The notes below the pieces were generated by a model, which did no database searches, was not told where the DNA came from, and saw only the letters and a list, made by a program, of their open reading frames with translations. A DNA stretch of 64,000 nt from Candidatus Krumholzibacteriota bacterium (lineage in GTDB: Bacteria > Krumholzibacteriota > Krumholzibacteriia > LZORAL124-64-63). Shown piece after piece: positions 18,399 through 28,815 of this stretch. Numbering within the stretch: the stretch's first letter is position 1; each line of letters starts with the position of its first letter. The stretch is taken from positions 64,001-128,000 of the forward strand of contig JBDLKA010000001.1 of the NCBI GenBank assembly GCA_039714075.1, given 5' to 3'. Both the position numbers and the translations under genes were made by a program.

Positions 18399-20552
18399 AT
18401 GACCGCCAACCCCAATCCCGGTTCCGACGAAGTGCGCGAGGACGACGCCCAGGCGACGACTCCCGCCAGCGAAACGGAACAAACTCCCAAACCCGATTCC
18501 CAGGACGAAGAGCGGACCAGCGCCCATGCCGCGGCCGCCGAAGTCCTGCCGACTCCCGCGGCTCCCCGTCTGAGCACCGAGTACGATCCCGACAGCATCG
18601 TCAACTTCGATTTTCTCGAGGAAGAGGATCAGGATTGGGAACTGAGCTCGGACGAGATGCTGACTTTGATCAACCAGTACGAAGAGACCCTGACGGACAT
18701 CCAGGAGGGCCAGATCCTCAAGGGCACCGTCATCGAGGTCCGGGAAAACGAAGTCCTGCTCAACATCGGCTTCAAGAGTGAAGGCGTGATCAGCAGGGAA
18801 GAGTTCGGCGCCATGACCGTGGACGTGAACGACACGTTCGACGTTTTCCTCGAAAAACTCGAGAACCAGGACGGTCTGGTCGTGCTCTCCAAGGAGCGGG
18901 CCGACTTCCTGAAGGTCTGGGACAAGATCAAGGTGGCCCACGAGGCCGGCGACGTCGTGACCGGTACCGTGGACCGGCGGATCAAGGGTGGATTGGTGGT
19001 CAAGCTGTGGGGCGTGGACACGTTCCTGCCCGGCAGCCAGGTGGCCCTGCGCCAGGTGCCGAACCTGGAAGACATGATCGGCGAGGAAATCCAGTGCCGC
19101 ATCATCAAGAAGAACAAGCGCCGCCGGAACGTTGTCGTGTCCCGGCGTATCGTGCTCGAGCAGGAGCGTGAAGAGAAGAAGCGCGCCCTCATTTCCGAGC
19201 TCGAAAAGGGCCAGGTGCGCCTGGGTGTCGTCAAGAACATCACCGACTTCGGCGCCTTCGTCGACCTCGGCGGCATCGACGGCCTGCTGCACATCACCGA
19301 CCTGAGCTGGGGCCGCGTCTCGCACCCGAGCGAAGTCGTGGCCATCGGCCAGGAGATCGAGGTCAAGGTGCTGGACTTCGAGGAAGAGCGCGAGCGCATC
19401 AGCCTCGGCCTGAAACAACTGCAGTCGTACCCCTGGGACAACGTGGAAGAGCGTTACCCCGAGGACGCCGTGGTGCGCGGCCGCGTGGTCTCCATCACCA
19501 ACTACGGCGCCTTTGTCGAACTGGAGCGCGGTGTCGAGGGTCTGATCCACATCAGCGAGATGAGCTGGACCCGCCACATCAAGCATCCGTCCAAGGTCGT
19601 TTCCATCGGCGACGAAGTCGACGTGATGGTCCTGAAGATCGACAAGGAAAACGAGAAGATCAGCCTCGGGCTCAAGCAGTGCGAGAGCGATCCCTGGATC
19701 ACCCTGATCGAGCGGTACCCGATGGGTTCGGTCATCGAGGGCAAGGTCCGGAACCTGACCGACTTCGGTGCTTTCGTCGAGGTCGAGGAAGGCATCGACG
19801 GGCTGGTTCACATTTCCGACATGAGTTGGACCCGGCGGGTGCGCCATCCCAAGGAAATGCTCAAGCGGGGCGACAGCGTGCAGGTGCAGATCCTGGACAT
19901 CGATACCGGCAAGCGCCGGATCAGCCTGGGCATCAAGCAGATGACCGAAAACCCTTGGCCCGTCCTGGCCGAGAGCTATCCCGTGGGCCACACCCTCGAG
20001 GGTACGATCAGCCGAATGCTGGACCACGGGGTCATCGTGGAGATGGGAGAGGACCTGGAGGGTTTCGTGCCCATCGGACACCTCGGCATCCCCAAGCTGG
20101 ACAAGCCCCAGTACTACTTCAAGGAAGGCGAAAATGCCGACCTGAAGGTCATCAAGATGGACGTCGAGAACCGGCGGATCGTCCTTTCCATCGCCGAGAG
20201 GCTGAAGGATTTCGACGATGACGCCACCGAGGAGTTCATCAACGCCCATCCGCGTCTCGAGGATGTCGTGGCGGCCGAAGCTGCTGCAGAGGCCGAAGGC
20301 GCCGGTCCGGACCAGCAGGGGCATGGTGACCAGGACGACGTCTACAAAGAAGAAGTCGAAACGCCGGCGGCTCCCGCCGAGGCTCCCGCAGAGGCACCGG
20401 CCGAAGCTTCCGCACCGGAGGCCGAAGTCGAGACCGAAGCTGCTGACGCCCCTGTTGAGGCGGAAGCGGCCGAGGATTCCTCCGCTGAAGTTTCCGAGCC
20501 GGCCCCGGAAGAGGCCGCGCCGGAGGCCGCCGAGGAAGACAAGGAAAAGTAG
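18399..20552 (+). CDS. rpsA: 30S ribosomal protein S1 with N- and C-terminal acidic extensions
   Basis: Repeated S1 domains (FGAFVDLGGIDGLLH, YGAFVELE..VEGLIH, ISLGLKQ); AGGAGG before ATG 18399. Confidence 0.95.
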   Translation: MTANPNPGSDEVREDDAQATTPASETEQTPKPDSQDEERTSAHAAAAEVLPTPAAPRLSTEYDPDSIVNFDFLEEEDQDWELSSDEMLTLINQYEETLTDIQEGQILKGTVIEVRENEVLLNIGFKSEGVISREEFGAMTVDVNDTFDVFLEKLENQDGLVVLSKERADFLKVWDKIKVAHEAGDVVTGTVDRRIKGGLVVKLWGVDTFLPGSQVALRQVPNLEDMIGEEIQCRIIKKNKRRRNVVVSRRIVLEQEREEKKRALISELEKGQVRLGVVKNITDFGAFVDLGGIDGLLHITDLSWGRVSHPSEVVAIGQEIEVKVLDFEEERERISLGLKQLQSYPWDNVEERYPEDAVVRGRVVSITNYGAFVELERGVEGLIHISEMSWTRHIKHPSKVVSIGDEVDVMVLKIDKENEKISLGLKQCESDPWITLIERYPMGSVIEGKVRNLTDFGAFVEVEEGIDGLVHISDMSWTRRVRHPKEMLKRGDSVQVQILDIDTGKRRISLGIKQMTENPWPVLAESYPVGHTLEGTISRMLDHGVIVEMGEDLEGFVPIGHLGIPKLDKPQYYFKEGENADLKVIKMDVENRRIVLSIAERLKDFDDDATEEFINAHPRLEDVVAAEAAAEAEGAGPDQQGHGDQDDVYKEEVETPAAPAEAPAEAPAEASAPEAEVETEAADAPVEAEAAEDSSAEVSEPAPEEAAPEAAEEDKEK

Positions 20553-20591
20553 GGAACACCGGATCCGGATTCCGGTTCTGATCCGCCCGTG

Positions 20592-20627
20592 AGAGGGGCG
20601 GGGGTAATACCTCCGTCCCTCTTTTTT
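20592..20627 (+). terminator. Intrinsic terminator after rpsA
   Basis: agaggggcgggggt-aat-acctccgtccctct hairpin followed by a T run. Confidence 0.8.
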
Positions 20628-20675
20628 GAATAATGACCCCTGAATGACGATTGAGCGTTTTTTCCTGGAGCCGAG

Positions 20676-22094
20676 ATGAAGGAATTGCAGGATCTCCAGC
20701 CCCTGACCGCCGTGAACCCGGCTTCGGATCCCGCGGGCACCCCCTTGCGGGTCGCCTTCTGGACCCTGGGATGCCGCCTGAATCAATACGACACCGAAGG
20801 CATCAAAACCTCCATGGCGGGCGTCTATGATATCGATGTGGTTAAATGGAACGATCCCGCCCACCTGTATGTCCTGAACAGCTGCACCGTCACCGCCAAG
20901 GCCGACCAGGAGTGCCGCCGGCTGGCCCGCCAGGTCAAGCGCCGCCATCCGCGCAGCAAGGTCGTCGTCGCGGGGTGTTACGCCCAGACCCAACCCGACG
21001 CCCTGGCGGCCGTTCCCGAAATCGACGGCGTGGTCGGCAACACGGACAAGGACGATGTGGCTGCCTGGCTGCCCCGGGTCATGGACGAACAGGCCCTGAC
21101 CATGAAGGTGGAGGAGTTCCAGGAGAAACCCGAATTCGATTCTCCCCTGATCGACAGTTTTTCCGGGCGCAGCCGGGCCTTCGTCAAGATCCAGGACGGC
21201 TGCAACCTGCGCTGCACCTATTGCCTGATCTGGCGGGCCCGCGGACCCGGGCGCAGCCGTTCCATGGACGACGTTCTGGCCCAGCTCAACCTTTTGGTGG
21301 AGCGCGGATATCCGGAAACCATCCTGGCGGGGATCCACCTCGGAGGATATGGCCGTGATCTGCAGCCCCGACTCGGCCTGCCTGATCTGCTGGAAACCTG
21401 CCTGCGGGAAATCCCCTCTTTGCGGATCCGCTTGAGCAGCATCCACCCCAACGAGGTGACGCCCCGCCTGCTGGAGATGTTCGCGAACAACCCGCGCCTG
21501 CGACCCCACCTGCACATCTCGCTGCAAAGCGGCAGCGACGGCGTCCTCAAACGAATGAAACGCCCCTACCGCGGCGAACGCGCCTGGCAGGCCATGCGCG
21601 ATGTCGCCGCCACCGTGCCTCATTTCGGGATCGGCGCCGACATCATCGTCGGGTTCCCGGGCGAGACCGACGCCGAGTTCGAGGACACCCGCCGCATGGT
21701 GGAGGAACTTCCCTTCAGCTACCTGCATGTGTTCCGCTTTTCCCGGCGTCCGGGCACGGCCGCCGCCGACATGGAGGGGCAGGTCCACCCGGAGACCATA
21801 ACCCGGCGCAGCGAAATATTGCGCGACCTGGCCGAAGTCAAGAAGGCGGAATTCAGCCGCAACCTGGTGGGCACCGTGCGCGAGGTCGTCATCGAGGCCG
21901 AGGGCGACATCCCCGGCTGGCGACAGGCGACCACCGACAACTACGTGACGGTCCTGGTTCCCGAGGCCGCCACCGGGCCCGCCGCCGCGGGATCCCTGAT
22001 CAATGTCCGCGTGGACGAATATTCCGACCAGCGTCTGTATGCTTCGGTCCTCGGTTCCGGCGCCGGATCAGGTCCCCGCGGGCAGGAGGTTTGA
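20676..22094 (+). CDS. mtaB: tRNA t6A37 methylthiotransferase MtaB
   Basis: TLGCRLNQYD, NSCTVT..AD, GCYAQ, KIQDGCNLRCTYC, HVF.FS.RPGT. Confidence 0.88.
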   Translation: MKELQDLQPLTAVNPASDPAGTPLRVAFWTLGCRLNQYDTEGIKTSMAGVYDIDVVKWNDPAHLYVLNSCTVTAKADQECRRLARQVKRRHPRSKVVVAGCYAQTQPDALAAVPEIDGVVGNTDKDDVAAWLPRVMDEQALTMKVEEFQEKPEFDSPLIDSFSGRSRAFVKIQDGCNLRCTYCLIWRARGPGRSRSMDDVLAQLNLLVERGYPETILAGIHLGGYGRDLQPRLGLPDLLETCLREIPSLRIRLSSIHPNEVTPRLLEMFANNPRLRPHLHISLQSGSDGVLKRMKRPYRGERAWQAMRDVAATVPHFGIGADIIVGFPGETDAEFEDTRRMVEELPFSYLHVFRFSRRPGTAAADMEGQVHPETITRRSEILRDLAEVKKAEFSRNLVGTVREVVIEAEGDIPGWRQATTDNYVTVLVPEAATGPAAAGSLINVRVDEYSDQRLYASVLGSGAGSGPRGQEV

Positions 22095-22095
22095 G

Positions 22096-23487
22096 ATGGC
22101 CACCTTCCAGGGCGACCTTCCCGATCTGACCAACGCGGCCAAGGTTCCCACCGACGGACCTGAAATCTACATCGAAACCTACGGTTGCCAGATGAACGTC
22201 TACGACAGCCAGGTCATCAGCGGCCTGTTGGAAGGTGCCGGCTTCCGTCTGTCCGACAGTGAGCTGGGTGCCGATGTCATCCTCTTGAACACCTGCAGCG
22301 TCCGGGACCTGGCGGAGCACAAGATCATCAGCAGGGTGGGGGAGCTGCGGCATCGCCGGCAGAAGGCGGAACTGCCCCAGCCGGTGATCGGAATCTGCGG
22401 CTGCATGGCCGAACGCCTGGGCAAGGACCTGCGCAAGGGCCCGCGGCGTGTGGACCTGGTGGTCGGTGTCGACAGCTACGACACCCTGCCGGAGGTCATC
22501 CGCGGTTTGACCGCCCAACTGGACGGCCCGGTTCCCGAAGCGGTACGGACCAGGGTCGGGCATCGCAGCGACACCCATTACGTGGCGCCGCCGTCCCTGT
22601 ATCCGACCAACAACAGCCACTTGGTGACCATCCACAAGGGCTGCGACTACAAATGCACCTACTGCATCGTTCCCTACACGCGCGGTCCGCAGAGTGAAAA
22701 GGATCCCGACACCATCCTGAAGGAGATCCGGGGCATCGTGGCCGCCGGTGGCGACGAGATCACCCTGCTGGGCCAGAACGTGACGGCCTATCGCTGGGGC
22801 GAGGGACTGGACTTCGCCGGTCTTCTGGACCTGGTAGCCCAGGTCGAAGGGCTGGAGCGCATCCGTTTCCTCACCGGTCATCCCCGGGACATGCACCCTC
22901 ACCTGATGGATACGATCGCCCGCCTGGACAAGGTCTGCCCCTGGCTGCATCTGCCGGTGCAAAGCGGGAGCAATCGCGTGCTCCGCCGCATGAAGCGGCT
23001 TTACACCAGCGGCGAATACCTGGACATGGTGGATTATGCGCGCCGGGTGATTCCCGACGTCACCTTTTCGGCGGACATCATCGTGGGCTTCCCGGGCGAA
23101 ACCGAGGCCGATTTCCAGGATACCCTTGAGGTCATCCGCCGGGTGAAGTACGATCAGCTTTTCTCGTTCAAGTATTCCGAACGTCCGGGTGTTCCGGCGG
23201 CCCGCCTGCCCGACGATGTTCCGGTGGACGAGAAGAAAAGGCGCCTTGCCGAACTCATCAAAGTCCAGGATGATATCTGGAACAAGATGGCCGCGGGGCA
23301 GGTTGGAAGCGAGTGGAACGCCATTGCCGAGGCTGCGGCGCGCCGGCCGGCCGGCAGTTGGCGGCTGCGGACCGCCAACAACCGCAAGGTTGTCCTGCAC
23401 GACGCTTCCCTCGGAATCGGAGAGCAGGTCCGGGTCCGGATCACGGACTGGGCCAACACCACCTTCGTGGGCGAACTGGTGACCTGA
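22096..23487 (+). CDS. miaB: tRNA i6A37 methylthiotransferase MiaB
   Basis: ETYGCQMNVYDS, NTCSVR, GCMAE, GCDYKCTYCIVPYTRG, LLGQNV, IIVGFPGET. Confidence 0.92.
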   Translation: MATFQGDLPDLTNAAKVPTDGPEIYIETYGCQMNVYDSQVISGLLEGAGFRLSDSELGADVILLNTCSVRDLAEHKIISRVGELRHRRQKAELPQPVIGICGCMAERLGKDLRKGPRRVDLVVGVDSYDTLPEVIRGLTAQLDGPVPEAVRTRVGHRSDTHYVAPPSLYPTNNSHLVTIHKGCDYKCTYCIVPYTRGPQSEKDPDTILKEIRGIVAAGGDEITLLGQNVTAYRWGEGLDFAGLLDLVAQVEGLERIRFLTGHPRDMHPHLMDTIARLDKVCPWLHLPVQSGSNRVLRRMKRLYTSGEYLDMVDYARRVIPDVTFSADIIVGFPGETEADFQDTLEVIRRVKYDQLFSFKYSERPGVPAARLPDDVPVDEKKRRLAELIKVQDDIWNKMAAGQVGSEWNAIAEAAARRPAGSWRLRTANNRKVVLHDASLGIGEQVRVRITDWANTTFVGELVT

Positions 23488-23525
23488 ATTCCGCCTGACC
23501 GGGCGGGTGAGAAAGAGGTATTACC

Positions 23526-23858
23526 GTGTGGGTATTCAAGGGCGTTCTCTTTCTGCTGCTTCTGTTCGCACTGGTTTATTTTTTCGTCACCAACAGTGGA
23601 CAGAGCGTCGACATCAATTTTTTCGGCAAGGCCTTCCTGGGCATCTCCATCTACTGGGTCGTGGTGGCTTGCTTCCTGCTGGGATTCGCCACCAGCTTTG
23701 TCCTGGCCGCCTTCCGGGAATTCAAGTTCCACCGGGTGATAGGACGACTGAAACGCGAGGCGGCCGTCAAGGACCGGGAGATAGCCGACCTGCGCACCCT
23801 GCCGCTCCAATCCATGGGAGCCGACCAACAGGACAATTCCACCGCGGGAGTTGATTGA
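23526..23858 (+). CDS. lapA: LapA family membrane protein
   Basis: Two TM segments around FFVTN..V.INF, then a short coiled coil; directly upstream of a LapB-like gene. Confidence 0.7.
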   Translation: MWVFKGVLFLLLLFALVYFFVTNSGQSVDINFFGKAFLGISIYWVVVACFLLGFATSFVLAAFREFKFHRVIGRLKREAAVKDREIADLRTLPLQSMGADQQDNSTAGVD

Positions 23859-25029
23859 GGTGCCGAACTTCCTGCCCCTGGTTGTCGGAATCCTGGTCAT
23901 GGTCGCCGCCGGGTTCGCGGTCTACCTGACCTTCCGTGACAACAAAACCGCTCCGGACGGCGGCGATTATCTTCACGCGCTCGAGCACTGGATCGAAGGC
24001 GACCTTCCCGAAGCGGCCGCGCTTCTGCAAAAGGTCGTCCAGGACGACCCGGAAGCCGTGGATCCGTTTCTCCAGCTGGGCAACCTTTTGCGCATCCAGG
24101 GGGACCCCGAAAGGGCGGCCGTCCTGCACCGCGGGCTGACCGTCCGCTCCAACCTGACCATGGAGCAGAAACTGGCGGTCGGGTTGGCCCTGGCCGAAGA
24201 CCTCAACACCCTGTCCCAATGGGAGGGGGCCCGCGACGTTCTGGACTCCCTGCCGCGCGCCGCCATGGTCCGGTCCCGCTACTGGAAAGCCCGCTTCCAC
24301 CAGTGGCACGGCATGGACGACCGCCCCGAGGCCGCCCGCACACTCAAAAACGCCCAGCGCCAATGCCAGGAAAAGGATCGCCCCTGGTTTCAAGCGGCCT
24401 ACGCCAGCTATCAGCTTGATCGCGCCCTCGACCACGCCCTGTCCAATGAAATGGGGGAGGCCAAATCCCGGCTGAAGGACGTCAGGAACCTGGCGGGGAC
24501 CCAATCCCGCAGCGCGCTGGTGCGGGCCGTCATCGCAGCCATGGAAAACGATGCCGCGGCCGCGGTTTCCATCGCCAGCGACAGCCTGCTGGACAGCCCC
24601 GAGGAACTGGACATCTTCCTGCCCCTGCTGCAGGAGGTCCTGTTGCAGTCGGGTCAATTCGCGCGCTCCTTACCCATCCTAGAGCGGGCCTGCCAGTCGG
24701 AAAACGCGCCGCCATCCCTGTGGATCGATCTGGCCATGCTCTATGAAAAACTCGACCACCGGGAAAAGGCCCTCCGCCTGCTGGAGAACAAAACGGGTCG
24801 GAAAAGTTTCACGCCCAACGCCGCCGCTCCCTACCTGAAAATGCTTGTGGACGATGTCCCCGACAGCGACTTCGCGAAAGTCTGGCGGATGTTGAGCATG
24901 CCCCACGGACCCGAAGGCTGGGTTTGCCGCAAATGCGACCGCCGCGAAGAACGGGTCCGCTGGTTCTGTCCCGAATGTCTTGGCTTTCATACCTATGGTC
25001 CGTGGGCTCCCAACGGGGAGGTGACCTGA
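23851..25029 (+). CDS. lapB: LPS assembly protein B-like (TM anchor, TPRs, C-terminal rubredoxin)
   Basis: LGNLLR..G...RA...H..L; C-terminal CRKC...WFCPEC. Confidence 0.72.
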   Translation: MIEVPNFLPLVVGILVMVAAGFAVYLTFRDNKTAPDGGDYLHALEHWIEGDLPEAAALLQKVVQDDPEAVDPFLQLGNLLRIQGDPERAAVLHRGLTVRSNLTMEQKLAVGLALAEDLNTLSQWEGARDVLDSLPRAAMVRSRYWKARFHQWHGMDDRPEAARTLKNAQRQCQEKDRPWFQAAYASYQLDRALDHALSNEMGEAKSRLKDVRNLAGTQSRSALVRAVIAAMENDAAAAVSIASDSLLDSPEELDIFLPLLQEVLLQSGQFARSLPILERACQSENAPPSLWIDLAMLYEKLDHREKALRLLENKTGRKSFTPNAAAPYLKMLVDDVPDSDFAKVWRMLSMPHGPEGWVCRKCDRREERVRWFCPECLGFHTYGPWAPNGEVT

Positions 25030-25031
25030 TC

Positions 25032-26105
25032 GTGAGCAGGTTCAACGTGAAGAACAAATTTTCCGGAGGAATTTTGCGTGCTGTTTTGCTGGGGGCATTG
25101 ATCGCCCTGCCGGCTTTCGGAACCCTGGACTCGGTGGCCGAACTTTTCCAGGCCGCCCACTATGACGACGCCCTGCTCGCCCTCGAACAGGGAGATGAAG
25201 GCCTGCGGGCCGGAGAGGGTTCCCTGTGGCAGGCGCGGCTGACCGCCGATCCCGCCAAGGCGCTGCTGATCCTACGGGAAGGCTTGTCGGACAAACGTCT
25301 GCCCGAACAGGTCAAGACCCGCATGATCCTGGAAACCGCCGACATCGAATTCGGCCTGGGCCACTATCAGTCCACCCTGAAGGCCCTGGCGCCCTTGCTG
25401 AACAACGATATGGCCGAGGTGCCCGGCGAAGCACACCTGAAGGCCGGTCTTTCGCTCCGCGCCCTGAACCGTCTGCAGAAGGCCCGCGAAATGCTGGCCT
25501 CGGTCAAACCCCAGGATCCGGCCTTCCCAGCGGCCCGCTATTATCTGGGGGACATTGCTCTTGAGCAGGATGATCCCGGGCTGGCCCTGAGGTATTTCGA
25601 GACCGCGGCCGCGGGGTCCGGGTCCGGTTCCCATTACCGGGTCGCCGGAGGCCGTTGGCGTGCCCTTGTGGGTGAGGGCCGCAAAGACGAGGCGGCCGAT
25701 CTGGCCAAGAGGCTGGCGGAAGACGCGCCCGGCAGTCTGGCCATGTTGGAAATCCAAAGAATCCGCAGGTCTCACCAGGAAGAACTGGACGCCATGGCTA
25801 TGGAGGAGACCTCGGAAGCGGAGTCCGGTCAGGACAGGGCGTCACGGGGCCGCTATGCCCTGCAGCTGGGAGCCTTCAGCGACCGCGGCCTGGCCTTGGC
25901 GTTCATGCGACGTTTCCGTGGCCAGTTGCCCGATGTGCGGCTGGATGAAGTCCGTGACGACCGGGGACAGTTCCTGTACAAGGTCCGCACCGGGTCTTTC
26001 GTCAATCCCGCCCTGGCCCGTACCGAAGCCAAACGCCTGGCCCGGCAACTGGACATCGAAGTCATCGTCGCCGATCTGTCCGAGAACGGCCAAGGGGTGG
26101 ATTGA
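25032..26105 (+). CDS. Exported TPR protein with C-terminal SPOR domain
   Basis: Signal peptide, helical TPR-like repeats, YALQLGAFS...YKVRTGSF. Confidence 0.75.
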   Translation: MSRFNVKNKFSGGILRAVLLGALIALPAFGTLDSVAELFQAAHYDDALLALEQGDEGLRAGEGSLWQARLTADPAKALLILREGLSDKRLPEQVKTRMILETADIEFGLGHYQSTLKALAPLLNNDMAEVPGEAHLKAGLSLRALNRLQKAREMLASVKPQDPAFPAARYYLGDIALEQDDPGLALRYFETAAAGSGSGSHYRVAGGRWRALVGEGRKDEAADLAKRLAEDAPGSLAMLEIQRIRRSHQEELDAMAMEETSEAESGQDRASRGRYALQLGAFSDRGLALAFMRRFRGQLPDVRLDEVRDDRGQFLYKVRTGSFVNPALARTEAKRLARQLDIEVIVADLSENGQGVD

Positions 26106-26114
26106 GCCGGTATC

Positions 26115-28781
26115 ATGACCCAACCCACCGGTAACAAAGGCCCCAAGACCACACCCATGCTGGCCCAGTACCTGGACATCAAGGCCCGGCATCCCGGTTC
26201 CCTGCTGCTGTTCCGCATGGGGGATTTCTACGAGACTTTTTTCGAGGATGCCCAGACCCTGGCCGCGGTGGCAGGCGTGACCCTGACCAGTCGCGATGCC
26301 AAGAGTGACCACCCCGTTCCCCTGGCCGGTGTTCCCTACCACGCTCTGGATACCTACCTGACACGTCTTCTCAACCACGGCCTCACCGTTGCCATCTGCG
26401 AGCAGGTGGAGGACCCCGCCCAGGCCAAGGGTCTGGTCAAGCGTGAGGTGGTGGAGGTCATCAGTCCCGGGACCGCCACCAGTCCCGAACTGGTGGACAC
26501 CGCTTCGGGCCGGTACTGCCTGGCCTGGCTGCCCCGGCAGGGAGCCTTCGACGGCTGGGCGCTGCTGGACGCTTCGACCGGTGATTTTCGCTGCGGCCAG
26601 GAAAGGGGCACCCTGGAGAGCCTGTGCCAGCGGCACCCGGTCAAGGAAGTCATCGTCGGCGAGGATACGGATCCCGACCTGATCTCCCGGTGGCGGACCA
26701 CTCTCGGCGGGATCGTCGTCAACCCCGTCAACACCGCCTGGTTTCATCACTCCTTCGCCCGTCAAACCCTGCTGGATCATTTCCAGGTGGCCAACCTGAC
26801 GGTTTTCGGCCTGGAGGACGAGAATCGGGAACCGGCATGCACCGCCGCCGGCGCCCTGCTGCGGTATCTGGGGGCCCTGGGTCTGCGCCGGCCGGATCAG
26901 GTCACCGGGCTGCGTTTCAGTGCCCGGACCGACCGCCTGGTGCTGGATGAAGAGACCCTGCGCAACCTGGAAATTTTCCGGACCTTCCGGGGCGATCGCG
27001 GCGAGGGAACCCTGGTCCACCATATCGACCGCACCCTGACTCCCATGGGCCGCCGTCTGCTGGAAATGCGCCTGGCCGAAGCCATGACCGACCTGGACGA
27101 ATTGCAGGGTTGGCATGCCGGCGTGGCCTCCGCTCTGGAAAACCGGTCGTGGCGGCGGGATCTCCGCGACATCCTGCGCAAGGTGGGAGACCTGGAAAGA
27201 CTTTCTTCGCGGGCGGCGACGGGACGGATCGGACCTGCCGGTATGCGGCATCTGGGAGCTACCCTGGACGCCTTGAACCAGTTGAAGGCCACAACGGGAC
27301 ACGACGATCACGCCGATCATCCGGTGAACCGCTGGCTGGATTCCCTGCCCGACTTCAGCGGTCTGGCCGCGGAAATCCTGAACACCATCGCCGAGGACGC
27401 CCCGGCGACCACCCGCAAGCCCGGTTATATCTGCGAAGGCCTCGACCAGGAGTTGGACCGCTGCCGCAGCATCACCCGGGACAGCAAGGGATTTCTGGCC
27501 GCCCTGCAGAACCGGGAGCGGGAAACCACCGGCATCAGCACCTTGAAGGTGGGCTTCAACCGGGTTTTCGGCTACTACCTGGACGTGACCAAGAAGCATC
27601 TGGACAAGGTCCCCGAACACTACCAGCAGAAGCAGACCCTGGTGGGTTCCTGCCGCTTCCACACCGAAGAGTTGAAAGAGGCCGAAAGCACCATCCTGGA
27701 AGCCGAGGAGAAAGCGGAACGCCTGGAAACCCTGGTCTTCCAGGGCCTGATCCAGAAGATTTCCCTGCACCTGAAGGACATCCGCGAGGCCTCCCGCTTG
27801 ACCGCCAATATCGACCTCATGCTCGCTTTCGCGGATCTCGCCGAGCAGCAGGACTACTGCAGGCCCGTCTGTGACGATTCGCTCGACCTGCAGATCACCG
27901 GCGGCCGGCATCCCGTGGTCGAGCAGCTGCTGGATCATGACTTCATTCCCAACGACACGCTTCTGGACAGCGGCGGCCACCAGGTCCTGCTGCTGACCGG
28001 CCCGAACATGGGCGGCAAGTCGACCTATCTGCGGCAGGTGGCCCTGATCACCCTCCTGGCCCAAACCGGCTGTTTCGTGCCCGCACGTTCGGCCCGGGTG
28101 GGCGTCACCGACCGGATTTTCACCCGCGTGGGGGCCAGCGACAACCTGGCGCGGGGTGAATCCACCTTCTACATGGAGATGAGTGAAACCGCCCACATCC
28201 TGCACCAGATGAGCCGCCGCAGCCTGGTCATTTTGGATGAGATCGGGCGGGGCACGTCCACCTACGACGGGCTTTCCCTGGCCTGGGCCATCACCGAGTT
28301 CCTCAGTTCGAATGACGGTCCGCGGCCCCGTTCGGTTTTCGCCACCCATTACCACGAATTGACGGAACTGGAAGCCGAGTTGCCCGGTTTGGTGAATCTG
28401 CGTCTGGAAGTCAAGGAGTGGGAGGGCAAGATCATATTCCTGCATTCGGTCAGCCCGGGCCGCAGCGACAAGAGCTACGGCATCCACGTGGCGCGCCTGG
28501 CCGGCCTGCCCGAAGGAGTGCTGCACCGGGCCCAGGAGATTCTCCACTCCCTGACCACCGCCGACCAACGCGACCTGCCGGCCCGGCGACCGGCGGCCGA
28601 AGACACCGGCGGAGCCTCCCTGGCGGCCGACCGCGCCGGCGGTCCTTCGAGTCAGCTGACCCTGTTCCGTGAGTCCGAAAGGGACGCCCTGCAGGCCCTG
28701 CGGACCCTGGATCTGGAAAAGCTCAGCCCCATGGATTCTTTCATGTGGCTGGTCCAGATCAAGAAACAGCTTGAAGATTAA
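26115..28781 (+). CDS. mutS: DNA mismatch repair protein MutS
   Basis: TPM..QY, FRMGDFYETF, TGPNMGGKSTYLRQ, STFYMEM, DEIGRGTST, SYGIHVA. Confidence 0.97.
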   Translation: MTQPTGNKGPKTTPMLAQYLDIKARHPGSLLLFRMGDFYETFFEDAQTLAAVAGVTLTSRDAKSDHPVPLAGVPYHALDTYLTRLLNHGLTVAICEQVEDPAQAKGLVKREVVEVISPGTATSPELVDTASGRYCLAWLPRQGAFDGWALLDASTGDFRCGQERGTLESLCQRHPVKEVIVGEDTDPDLISRWRTTLGGIVVNPVNTAWFHHSFARQTLLDHFQVANLTVFGLEDENREPACTAAGALLRYLGALGLRRPDQVTGLRFSARTDRLVLDEETLRNLEIFRTFRGDRGEGTLVHHIDRTLTPMGRRLLEMRLAEAMTDLDELQGWHAGVASALENRSWRRDLRDILRKVGDLERLSSRAATGRIGPAGMRHLGATLDALNQLKATTGHDDHADHPVNRWLDSLPDFSGLAAEILNTIAEDAPATTRKPGYICEGLDQELDRCRSITRDSKGFLAALQNRERETTGISTLKVGFNRVFGYYLDVTKKHLDKVPEHYQQKQTLVGSCRFHTEELKEAESTILEAEEKAERLETLVFQGLIQKISLHLKDIREASRLTANIDLMLAFADLAEQQDYCRPVCDDSLDLQITGGRHPVVEQLLDHDFIPNDTLLDSGGHQVLLLTGPNMGGKSTYLRQVALITLLAQTGCFVPARSARVGVTDRIFTRVGASDNLARGESTFYMEMSETAHILHQMSRRSLVILDEIGRGTSTYDGLSLAWAITEFLSSNDGPRPRSVFATHYHELTELEAELPGLVNLRLEVKEWEGKIIFLHSVSPGRSDKSYGIHVARLAGLPEGVLHRAQEILHSLTTADQRDLPARRPAAEDTGGASLAADRAGGPSSQLTLFRESERDALQALRTLDLEKLSPMDSFMWLVQIKKQLED

Positions 28782-28815
28782 GCCCCAATCATCTCTCTTG
28801 TAATATCTTCCGGAT

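Noticed and set aside
20559..20585. Short CCGGAT-like repeats after rpsA
   Set aside because: Too short and degenerate; probably low-complexity spacer before the terminator
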